In this document: one piece after another, positions 47,927 to 56,019 of the stretch
How the letters are laid out: each line of letters opens with the position of its first letter
How positions within the stretch are numbered: the stretch's first letter is position 1
DNA from: an uncultured Chloroflexia bacterium
GTDB taxonomy: Bacteria > Chloroflexota > Limnocylindria > Limnocylindrales > CSP1-4
Direction: 5' to 3'
Length of the DNA: 64,000 bases
Assembly (NCBI GenBank): GCA_963748625.1
Contig: CAVVJT010000007.1
Location: 224,001-288,000 of the forward strand
The notes under the pieces: generated by a model
What the model saw: only the letters and a program-made list of their open reading frames with translations
What the model was told of the DNA's origin: nothing
Database searches by the model: none
Program-made: the position numbers and the translations under genes

Positions 47927-49185
47927 GCGATCCGGCCGCGGTGGCCGGCCGGCCAGGACCGCTTGCCGGACTTCGCGTAGTCGCCGTGGAGCAGTACGGC
48001 GCCGGGCCGTTCGGCTCGCTGTACCTCGCCGACCTCGGCGCCGAGGTGATCAAGGTCGAGGACCCGGGCTCGGCGGGCGACGTGAGCCGCTACATCCCGC
48101 CGGGGCAGGAGGGCGAGGACAGCCTCTTCTTCGAGGCCTTCAACCGCGGCAAGCGGAGCATCGCGCTGGATCTCAAGAACGCGGCTGGTCGAGCCGTGTT
48201 CGAGCGGCTCGTCGCGGATGCGGATGCGGTGCTCAGCAACCTCCGGGGCGACCAGCCGGAGCGCCTCAGGATCACGTACGACCACCTCGCACGCGTCAAT
48301 CCGCGGATCGTGTGCGTGGCCCTGACCGGGTACGGCCGCAGCGGCCCGGGGGCCACCCTGCCGGGGTATGACGCCCTCATCCAGGCGGAGGCGGGCTGGG
48401 CGGCGCTCACCGGCGACCCGGATGGGCCCCCGACGAAGAGTGGCCTCTCGCTCGCCGACTACATCGCCGGCCTGACAGCGGCCCTGGGCCTCCTGGCGGG
48501 TGTGCTGGACGCGCGCGCAACCGGTCGGGGGCGGGATCTCGACACCAGCCTGTACGACAGCGCGCTCGCAATGCTCAGCTACCCGGCCACGTGGTACCTG
48601 TCGTCGGGCGTCCGGACGACCCGCCTGCCGCTGTCCGCCCATCCCTCGGTCATCCCGTTCCAGTTCTTCCGGACAGGCGACGGCTATCTCGCCCTCGCCT
48701 GCCCGAAGGAGAAGTTCTTCACCGCCCTGGTCCAGGCGATGGACCTGCCGGGTGTCGGGGAGGATCCGCGCTACGCGACGTTCGCCGCCCGGGGCGACCA
48801 CCGCTCGGAGCTCCTCGACACGCTCGAGGCGAGGTTCCTGGAGCGCACCACGGCCGAGTGGCTCGAGCGCCTCAGGGGCGTCGTGCCGGTCGCGCCGGTG
48901 CGCTCCATGGAGGCGGCGCTCGACACCAGTGAGCTTGAGAGCAGGGGCATGCTCGCCGCGTACGAGCACCCGGTGTTCGGGACGGTCCGCTCGGTCGGGC
49001 TGCCGATCACGGTCGGCGAGTACGAGCCGCGGTACCGCCGGGGACCGAGGCTGGGCGAGGACACGGCGGCCGTCCTCGCACGCCTGGGGTATTCCACTGA
49101 CCAGGCCGCCGAGCTCGCTCGCGACGGCGCGTTCGGCACTCCCGGCGGGAGCGGAGGGGTCCCCTCGGAGGGCGCCGCGGTCTGA
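47923..49185 (+). CDS. Family III CoA-transferase (CaiB/BaiF)
   Basis: PLAGLRV, LADLGAEVIKVE, NRGKRS, GYD and LAD motifs. Confidence 0.93.
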   Translation: MSDPAAVAGRPGPLAGLRVVAVEQYGAGPFGSLYLADLGAEVIKVEDPGSAGDVSRYIPPGQEGEDSLFFEAFNRGKRSIALDLKNAAGRAVFERLVADADAVLSNLRGDQPERLRITYDHLARVNPRIVCVALTGYGRSGPGATLPGYDALIQAEAGWAALTGDPDGPPTKSGLSLADYIAGLTAALGLLAGVLDARATGRGRDLDTSLYDSALAMLSYPATWYLSSGVRTTRLPLSAHPSVIPFQFFRTGDGYLALACPKEKFFTALVQAMDLPGVGEDPRYATFAARGDHRSELLDTLEARFLERTTAEWLERLRGVVPVAPVRSMEAALDTSELESRGMLAAYEHPVFGTVRSVGLPITVGEYEPRYRRGPRLGEDTAAVLARLGYSTDQAAELARDGAFGTPGGSGGVPSEGAAV

Positions 49186-49243
49186 CCGCTCCCGGGCGTG
49201 CCCGGCCGGTGTCGCCGCTCCTGCACGGCCTACCGGCCCGGGA

Positions 49244-50281
49244 TCACCGGGACCCGTCGACCGGCTGCGCTCCCGCGTCGCGGGCGGCGTCGACCATCGC
49301 GACCACATTCTCGATCGGGGTCCCGGCAGCGACCTCGCAGCCGGTGCCGAGCAGGAAGCGCCGGCCGCCGCTCGCGTCGATCGCCCGTCGCGCCATGGCC
49401 GCGACATCCGCCGGCCCGGCCCGGAAGATCGAGGTGGGGTTCAGGTTCCCGCGCAGGCCGACGGCGGGTCCCGCCAGTGCCCGAGCCTCATCGAGCGGCA
49501 CGGGCGTGTCGAGGTCCAGGACATCGAGCCCGGTGGCCACGAGGTCCGGAATGATGGGCCGGATGTCCCCGCACACGTGCATCAGGACGGCTCCCGCTCC
49601 GTCGGCATGGAGACGCCGGATCATCTCGGTGTGGACGGGCTGCGCGAACCGGCGGTACATCGCGGGCGAGATGGAGCTCGGAGATGACAGGGCGTCGCCC
49701 AGCATGATCGCCTGACCCCCCGCCCGAACGAGCTCCGCCGCGAACACGACCGCCACCTCGGCGCAGAATGCGAACAGGTCGGCGGCGAACGCTGGGGCGT
49801 CGATCAGGTCGATCAGCAGTTGCTCGCCGCCCCGAAGCTGGCTCGCCATCGACAACGGCCCTCGGATGTTGGGCACGATCAGCACCGAGTCTCCGACGCT
49901 GCGCGCGAGGGTGCGGGTGGCGTCGAGGAACACGGGAAGCCGGCCATCCGAGCGCGGGTCGGGAACTTTGAGGCGCCGCAGGTCGGCAGGCTCGGTCAGG
50001 ACCGGCGCAACGACGCGGGGGAGCTCGTCGAACGGCTGCTCGACGGGCGCGCCCACGGCCTCGGCCTCGACCGTCACGTTCAGCGAGACGTGGATGGCGT
50101 CGTACCCGGCGCGCTGCTGCGCCGAGAGCAGGCAGTCGGCCATGATGGCGGGATCCGCCGCGAACCGCGAGACGGGGACCCCGGCCCAGCGCGCGGCTGC
50201 CGACACGACCATCGGGAACACGGGGACGCGATCGACCTGGTCGCCGGCCAGCGAGGCCAGGATCCGCTGCCTGGGGTTCAC
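49244..50281 (-). CDS. URO-D family protein, MtaA/CmuA methyltransferase-like
   Basis: VDRVP, HVCG, GNLNP and GTGCE motifs (HxC...C Zn ligands). Confidence 0.82.
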   Translation of the reverse strand: MNPRQRILASLAGDQVDRVPVFPMVVSAAARWAGVPVSRFAADPAIMADCLLSAQQRAGYDAIHVSLNVTVEAEAVGAPVEQPFDELPRVVAPVLTEPADLRRLKVPDPRSDGRLPVFLDATRTLARSVGDSVLIVPNIRGPLSMASQLRGGEQLLIDLIDAPAFAADLFAFCAEVAVVFAAELVRAGGQAIMLGDALSSPSSISPAMYRRFAQPVHTEMIRRLHADGAGAVLMHVCGDIRPIIPDLVATGLDVLDLDTPVPLDEARALAGPAVGLRGNLNPTSIFRAGPADVAAMARRAIDASGGRRFLLGTGCEVAAGTPIENVVAMVDAARDAGAQPVDGSR

Positions 50282-50314
50282 CGTCGTGGCTCCTCGCGTG
50301 ACCGGGGGCGCCGG

Positions 50315-50926
50315 TCAGCCGTGCGGTCGGTGCCGGGATGCCTCTTCGATACGGGCGCACTCCACCCGGGCGCTGAACTCCACGTTCGAGTAGTGCGCCA
50401 TCGTCTCCTCGAGCGTCGGCCCGGCGACATGGACGGTCCCATCGGGCTCGATGAGCAGGACATGCTTCATGCCGTTTGCGGCCGCCGTCTCGCGGGCGGT
50501 GGCGAGGGTGGCGGCCAGCCGCGGTCCGGCGAGAGCGCCTTCCTCCACGATGTGGTCGTCCAGGCGCGTGACGCCGCGCTTGCGCATCATGCTCGTGGCG
50601 TCCGGCATGGCACAGCCCTCGGCCAGCAGGGAGCGGAGATGGCGCGACGGGCCGGACACCGCGGCCACAAACTCAGGCCAAGCTGCGTACAACGCCCGGT
50701 GCAGCGCGTGGACGTCCGGATCGGCCGGCTCCGGTGGCGCCTCGAGGTCCCCATCTGCCAGCAGGCACGCCAGCGCCGTGGTCTCGTCGAGGCAGCGCAT
50801 CCCGTCCGGGGTGCGGCAGCTGATGGCGAAGCGCTCCAGGGTCACGAACTCGCTCTCGAACAGCCGTTCGAAGATGGTAACCAGGCTCGCGGTAGCGGCA
50901 GCCGGCACCTTCGGCGCGGCGCTCAC
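50315..50926 (-). CDS. Degenerate class II aldolase-fold protein
   Basis: LHRALY...PE and GTVHVAGPTLEE..EFSAR resemble the class II aldolase fold; HxH motif missing. Confidence 0.55.
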   Translation of the reverse strand: MSAAPKVPAAATASLVTIFERLFESEFVTLERFAISCRTPDGMRCLDETTALACLLADGDLEAPPEPADPDVHALHRALYAAWPEFVAAVSGPSRHLRSLLAEGCAMPDATSMMRKRGVTRLDDHIVEEGALAGPRLAATLATARETAAANGMKHVLLIEPDGTVHVAGPTLEETMAHYSNVEFSARVECARIEEASRHRPHG

Positions 50927-51573
50927 GCCCGACTCCCGACCCGGGCGACCCGGAGGCGGTCGCGAAGACGCTGCTCCTCCAGGCGCTGCCGGAGCACGTC
51001 GACAGCCCGGACGTTGGCCGACACGTCGCGGGCCACGGAGACCACGCCGTGGCCCGGGGAGATCGAGACGGCCCCGGCGGCGCGGGGGACCCCACGCAGA
51101 AGCGCCTCGACGCGCGAATCATGGGCTTCCGTCTGCGCCGGCAGGCCGGGCTCCAGCAGGCAGAGCGCCACGCCGAGCTCGTCCGCGGAGCCATGTACGA
51201 CCCCGGGTTCCCAGCGGCCGGCGGCGGCCGCGCCGAGCGCCTCGGGCAGGTGCAGGTGGAACACCGAGCCGACGTCGTCGAAGGCGCGGTACAGCCGGAG
51301 GTGGAGCGACGTCTCCCGGGAGACTCGCGCAGGGTCCCCGGCCACGACACCGCCGGCGAGATCGTGGACGACCGTGTCCTCGGCCGCCAGGCGCCAGCCG
51401 TCGTTCTCCGACGCCTTCGTCGGGGTGACGATGACGACATCGCCGATGCGCAGGCTCATGTTGCCGCCCTGCAGCTCGGTCAACCGCCGATCGTAGAGGA
51501 GGTATGCCACCCGGGCCAGGATGGTGCGCGCCGCCGCGAGCTGCGCGTCCGTCACGCCGATCAGGGTCTCCAC
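50923..51573 (-). CDS. Class II aldolase/adducin family protein
   Basis: GGNMSLR, VTPT, SRETSLH, FHLH and GHGVV motifs. Confidence 0.82.
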   Translation of the reverse strand: METLIGVTDAQLAAARTILARVAYLLYDRRLTELQGGNMSLRIGDVVIVTPTKASENDGWRLAAEDTVVHDLAGGVVAGDPARVSRETSLHLRLYRAFDDVGSVFHLHLPEALGAAAAGRWEPGVVHGSADELGVALCLLEPGLPAQTEAHDSRVEALLRGVPRAAGAVSISPGHGVVSVARDVSANVRAVDVLRQRLEEQRLRDRLRVARVGSRA

Positions 51574-52940
51574 GGGCCTAGTGTATCGATGGGCCACCAC
51601 GTCCGGGAAACCGGATTGGCGAAGCGGCGGCAGGCCGCGGCCAGTGACGACCCGCGCAGGGCGATCGCGGCCAGCCGCAGCGCGCCGATGCCCGAGGCCT
51701 CGTCCGACGCGAGGGTCGACACCGGCCGGCCGAGCAGGGTCGCCTTCAGCTGAAGCCCCCGGGCATGGGCTGCGCCGCCGCCGGCCGCCACGATCCGATC
51801 GACGCTCCCACCTGCGGCCGTCCACGCGTCCGCGTACTGGCGGAGGACGCCGGCGCAACCCTCGAGCAAGCCCTGGAGCACCTCGCCGGGCGGGGTGCCC
51901 GCCTCGATCGCCGCCCGCACCGCGTCGCCATCAGGGCGAACCAGGCGGCCCGTCGGGACGTCGGTGACGTCGTCCATCAGCATCTGGAGCCCGTGCGGGA
52001 CGGCGGCCTCCACGTCCGACAGCAAGTGGCCGAGCGGGACGCGAGAGTAGCTCAGGTAGCGGTCGTCGAGCAGGTATCGATGCGTCAGGCCACCGACGGC
52101 CTCGGCAGCCGACCTCGTGGCAGCAAGGTCACCGACCCCGGCAAGGTGCTCGTACGTGCCGGCGATGTTCACCAGGCGGTGCTCCTCCGGGTCACTCGCG
52201 CCGAGGAACGCGCAGCAGTTGTCCATCCCGCCCAGGACCACCCGCGCGCCGGTGGCCAGGCCCAACGCCGCAGCGGGGGCGGGGAGGACGGACCACGATG
52301 CCGTGGACGGGCGGATCGCCGGGAGGACATCCGCTGGCAGGTCGGCGGCCGCGAGGATCTTCTGGCTCCACGAGGACGTCGCAAGGTCCATCAGCATCGT
52401 GCGCGACGCCCACGATGGATCCTCCGCGTCGGCTCCGCACAGCCGCTCCACGAGGAAGCCGCGGAGCGAGCGGAACCGGTGCACCCGAGCCATGAGCTCC
52501 GGGTGGGTCTCCCGCCACCACAGCCAGTGGAGGAGGAAGGACGGCGTCCGCGGGTCCTGGCCGGTGATGTCGAGGAGGTCGTCGGCCGACAGCGCGACCC
52601 GGTCCATGAGGCCGGGGTGCCTTGTCGGCCGGATGTCTCCCGGGGCCAGGGCCGGACCCAGCGGGCGTCCCTCGCGGTCGACGGGCACCATCGCCGTGCC
52701 GAGGCAGGAGACGACAACAGTGTCGACAGGATCGTCGGGGTGCGCCGCCGCCAGCCCAGCCAGGAGCGACGTGGCTGCGGCCAGCATCGCGTCCGCTGGA
52801 AACGCCAGCTGCCCGGCGGCCTCGGCGAGCACTGGCGTCGGCACGCCGTGCACCGCCGTGATCCCGCCGGCCCAACCCGCGAGCACAGCCTTCATGCGCG
52901 ACGTCCCGATGTCCAGCGCAGCAACGCTCACGGCGTCCAC
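51561..52940 (-). CDS. FGGY family carbohydrate kinase
   Basis: LDIGTSRMK, ASRT, GGMD, AGT and GGGA motifs. Confidence 0.88.
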   Translation of the reverse strand: MDAVSVAALDIGTSRMKAVLAGWAGGITAVHGVPTPVLAEAAGQLAFPADAMLAAATSLLAGLAAAHPDDPVDTVVVSCLGTAMVPVDREGRPLGPALAPGDIRPTRHPGLMDRVALSADDLLDITGQDPRTPSFLLHWLWWRETHPELMARVHRFRSLRGFLVERLCGADAEDPSWASRTMLMDLATSSWSQKILAAADLPADVLPAIRPSTASWSVLPAPAAALGLATGARVVLGGMDNCCAFLGASDPEEHRLVNIAGTYEHLAGVGDLAATRSAAEAVGGLTHRYLLDDRYLSYSRVPLGHLLSDVEAAVPHGLQMLMDDVTDVPTGRLVRPDGDAVRAAIEAGTPPGEVLQGLLEGCAGVLRQYADAWTAAGGSVDRIVAAGGGAAHARGLQLKATLLGRPVSTLASDEASGIGALRLAAIALRGSSLAAACRRFANPVSRTWWPIDTLGPWRP

Positions 52941-53126
52941 CCACCTGCCGGGGCGTCATGGTGGGCCGTTGCGCTCCCCGCCGCCGACCGGAGCCCGGGC
53001 CTCATCCTACTGGGCCTGCTTCCGCGACGCTGCCCGGCGGGCGCGGGCCGCGCTTGCGGTGCGGCGACCTTTCGCCGCGTTCCAGCGGGGTAGGCGCCAC
53101 GGGTCCCGGCCGGTAGACTTCAGACC

Positions 53127-53984
53127 ATGGCAGAGGCGTCCGCCCCCAAGCGTTCCAAGACCGCGATCCCGCGCAACCCGGGCCGCCATGACCTGGGCAT
53201 GAAGGCGACGCTCCTGTTCCCGGACAAGGACATCGTGGAGCGGTTCTACGTGCCGCTCGTCTACACGGCCTGCCGGACGTGCTACTCGGAGCTGGAGCCG
53301 CAGGAGATCTTCCGCCGGGCGGTGGCGGGTGAGGTCAACCCCGCGTCAATGCAGCGGCTGATCTCCAACGTGATCGAGTCCGGGCACGGCTCCACCATCG
53401 AGCACATCGTCTTCACGTTCGGCATCTCGGGCGTGTCGCGCACGCTCTCGCACCAGCTGGTGCGCCACCGCGCGGGCGTCGCCTTCGACCAGCAGAGCCA
53501 GCGGTACGTCAACTACAAGGCGGCCGCGACCATGCTCCCGGGCACGATCGCGGATGGGGCGCCGGAGCTGCGCTCGGCCTACGAGGACCAGATGGAGGGG
53601 TCGCTGGGCCTGTACGCCACGCTGGTGGAGGCCGGGATCCCGGGTGAGGACGCACGGTTCGTCTTCCCCAACGCCACCCGAACCAACCTCGTGATGACCA
53701 CGAACCTGCGGGCCCTGATCCACATGTCGGGCCTGCGCCTGTGCACGATGGCCCAGTGGGAGATCCGCCGTCTGTTCCAGCTGATCCGCCACGAAATCTT
53801 CACCGTGTCGCCGTTCCTGGGCTCGTTCCTTGCGCCCAAGTGCGTGCCTCTTGGATACTGCGACGAGTTCAACAACCGCGACGGGCACTGCCCTATCCGC
53901 CCCCACAAGGACGCCGTGCTCGAGGCCTGGGCGCAGAAGCGCGAGGCCGCGAAGACCGCCGGGCGGGACCTGCCAGTCACCTGA
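53127..53984 (+). CDS. thyX: FAD-dependent thymidylate synthase
   Basis: GHGSTIEH, HQLVRHR..FDQQSQRY, EDARF and AQWEIR motifs. Confidence 0.95.
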   Translation: MAEASAPKRSKTAIPRNPGRHDLGMKATLLFPDKDIVERFYVPLVYTACRTCYSELEPQEIFRRAVAGEVNPASMQRLISNVIESGHGSTIEHIVFTFGISGVSRTLSHQLVRHRAGVAFDQQSQRYVNYKAAATMLPGTIADGAPELRSAYEDQMEGSLGLYATLVEAGIPGEDARFVFPNATRTNLVMTTNLRALIHMSGLRLCTMAQWEIRRLFQLIRHEIFTVSPFLGSFLAPKCVPLGYCDEFNNRDGHCPIRPHKDAVLEAWAQKREAAKTAGRDLPVT

Positions 53985-54037
53985 TCGATCGTCAGCACAC
54001 CGCCGGCGACGCGCCGGCCCGAGGGAGGAACCAGCCA

Positions 54038-54271
54038 ATGCCCCAGGCCAAGGACATGTCGAAGTTCGTGGTCGCACTCTTCGTAGCCGCGGTGATCACC
54101 GGCCTCGCCGCCATCCCGGGAACCGCCTGGTCGGGCTTCGTCCACGTGGGCCTGCTGTTCTTCGGCTCGTTCGCGGGCATGCTGCTGCTGATGCACATGC
54201 TGGACAACGCGGCCCAGGACGCGCTCGGCGGGCCGGCCCCGAAGAAGGCGACCGCACACCGGAAGCGCTGA
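54038..54271 (+). CDS. Small two-TM membrane protein
   Basis: GGAGG RBS; MPQAKDMSKFVVALF...; two hydrophobic helices and a basic tail. Confidence 0.72.
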   Translation: MPQAKDMSKFVVALFVAAVITGLAAIPGTAWSGFVHVGLLFFGSFAGMLLLMHMLDNAAQDALGGPAPKKATAHRKR

Positions 54272-54286
54272 CCGTCCAGGCGCACG

Positions 54287-54320
54287 ACGGCCCGGCCTCC
54301 GAGGGATGCCGGGCCGTTTC
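54287..54320. terminator. Intrinsic terminator hairpin
   Basis: ACGGCCCGGCCTCC / GGATGCCGGGCCGT followed by TTC. Confidence 0.7.
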
Positions 54321-54358
54321 GATTCCCGTGGCCGGATGCGGGGCGCACCCGCGGGAGG

Positions 54359-54583
54359 CTACTTCTTCGGCGACTCCCGCTTGGGCTTCGCGGTCTTGCC
54401 TGAGGCGGAGGGAGGCGCCGATGGGCCACCCATCACCCGCAGCAGCAGCATCAGGCCGCCGGCGGCAGCCAGGCCGATCACTCCGAACTTGATCGTCTCC
54501 GCCAAGCCCATGGTCATGATGCCCAGGACCGTCATGACCCCTGCGAGGACCGCCATCACGATCAGGCGATTCAGGTACTTCAC
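54359..54583 (-). CDS. Small two-TM membrane protein
   Basis: GGAGG RBS; two hydrophobic helices and a Lys-rich tail. Confidence 0.7.
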   Translation of the reverse strand: MKYLNRLIVMAVLAGVMTVLGIMTMGLAETIKFGVIGLAAAGGLMLLLRVMGGPSAPPSASGKTAKPKRESPKK

Positions 54584-54631
54584 CGGAGGCCTCCCTCGAC
54601 CAGCCGTCCGGCCGGCGTCTTCGTCATCATG

Positions 54632-55501
54632 TCAGTCGGCCTCGAGGCCGGCGATGAACCGGCGGAGCACCTTCGCGAGCCGCGGCCCAGCAGCGGCACC
54701 CGCCTCGAGGACCTCGTCGTGGGCGAGCGGCACGCCCGAGTACCCGGCGCCGGCGTTCGTCACGAGGGACACGCCCGCCACCTCGAGTCCCACCCAGCGT
54801 GCGGCGATCGCCTCGAGCACGGTGGACATGCCCACGGCATCCGCGCCGAGGGTGCGCGCCATCCGGACCTCGGCCGGGGTCTCGTAGTTCGGCCCGAGGA
54901 AGCCCATGTACACGCCCTCGTCGAGCTCGACGCCCTCGGCATCGCCGGCCGCGCGCAGCGCCGCCCGGTGGGCGGGGGTCCACACGTCCGTGAGGTCAAT
55001 GAACCGCTCGCCGAGCTCGTCGGCGTTCGGGCCCATGAGCGGCGAGATCCCGGTGAAGTTGATGTGGTCGCTGATGACCATGAGCGTCCCCGGCCCATAC
55101 GCGGGGTTCGCGCCGCCAGCCGCGTTGGTCAGGATCACGAGGCTCGCGCCCAGCTGCTTGAACAGCAGGACCGGCTGCACCACCAGGCCCGGGGCGTTCC
55201 CCTCGTACACGTGGAAGCGGCCCTGGAGGACCACCACCGGCACGCCGGCCAGGTGGCCGAGCAGCAGACGGCCCGCGTGGCCCGGCGCCGTGGCCACCGG
55301 CCAGCCGGGCAGCGCCTCGAAGGGGATGGCGACCGGATCATCGATCTCGTCGGCGAGGCTGCCGAGGCCGGAGCCGAGCACGATGCCCACGCGCGGCACG
55401 AGGTCCGTGCGGGCTCGCACAGCGGCCACGAGCTCGGCCAGACGGGCGGGCTGCTCGGACGGGGGGATGGGACGGGAGCGATCGACGGCGGTATCGGTCA
55501 T
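54632..55501 (-). CDS. punA: Purine nucleoside phosphorylase (trimeric type)
   Basis: LGSGLG, GHAG, GRFHVYEG, TNAAGG, GPNYETPAE and VGMST motifs. Confidence 0.93.
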   Translation of the reverse strand: MTDTAVDRSRPIPPSEQPARLAELVAAVRARTDLVPRVGIVLGSGLGSLADEIDDPVAIPFEALPGWPVATAPGHAGRLLLGHLAGVPVVVLQGRFHVYEGNAPGLVVQPVLLFKQLGASLVILTNAAGGANPAYGPGTLMVISDHINFTGISPLMGPNADELGERFIDLTDVWTPAHRAALRAAGDAEGVELDEGVYMGFLGPNYETPAEVRMARTLGADAVGMSTVLEAIAARWVGLEVAGVSLVTNAGAGYSGVPLAHDEVLEAGAAAGPRLAKVLRRFIAGLEAD

Positions 55502-55590
55502 GGTGGCGAGGATAGGCGAGCCGGGACCGGTTGCGGAGGGGCTGCGCGCACGGGGCGCCGCACAGCGGGCAGGTGGCGCCGCACGGCGGG

Positions 55591-55878
55591 CACGGGGCCT
55601 TAAACTTCGACGCCCGCCAGGAGTACTGACACCGGGATGCCAGTCGCGTCCTGCCGGGCGCCCAGCCGGCGAGCCCTTTCGGGCCAGCCCGCGCTGGTGA
55701 ACGAAGCGCTCGAAGCTGCCGGGGCACCGGACATGAAGCAAGCTCCCTGTCCCCGGCCTTGATGTGATCGCAGCCGTGGTGCCTGGTGCCGGGCGGTTGA
55801 GGTGATCTCAGCCCGGCCGTCCCGGTTCGGTCTTGAGGCGATCGCCTCCGACCCTGGACTCCGTCGGCCCCTTCGGGC
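55591..55878 (-). ncRNA. Candidate structured non-coding RNA, about 290 nt, family unassigned
   Basis: TTGGAG-17bp-TATCGT promoter (55914-55886); 5'/3' end pairing; GAAA and CUUG tetraloop hairpins and G-U pairs that work on the minus strand; no credible ORF. Confidence 0.62.
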
Positions 55879-55919
55879 AGAACGAACGATAGGGCGGACG
55901 GCGGCCTGCTCCAACGAGG

Positions 55920-55994
55920 TTGTCCACGAACTGCACCCCTGGCAGTGGCGATCCATCCACGTGGTTGCCCGCCGTGTGGACAGCCTGTGGACAG
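55920..55994. promoter_or_regulatory. Cluster of DnaA-box-like 9-mers
   Basis: TTGTCCACG at 55920; TGTGGACAG at 55975 and 55986; weaker CCATCCACG at 55953. Confidence 0.4.
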
Positions 55995-56019
55995 ACGCGG
56001 GCGCCTGTCCGGCGCGCGC

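Noticed and set aside
52941-53126. Integration site or att boundary of a mobile genomic island
   Set aside because: No integrase, transposase, tRNA or flanking direct repeat was seen, and there is no obvious composition shift.
55591-55878. tmRNA, RNase P, SRP, raiA motif, or TPP/SAM/Moco/purine riboswitch
   Set aside because: There is no T-arm/CCA end, no GAGGAAAGUCC and no SRP GGAA loop. Only short isolated matches exist (GATGCCAGTCGC on the plus strand, CUGAGA on the minus strand). It lies downstream of moaA, and punA has its own -10.
55920-55994. Replication origin
   Set aside because: Only 3-4 imperfect boxes, no AT-rich unwinding element, and no dnaA or dnaN nearby.
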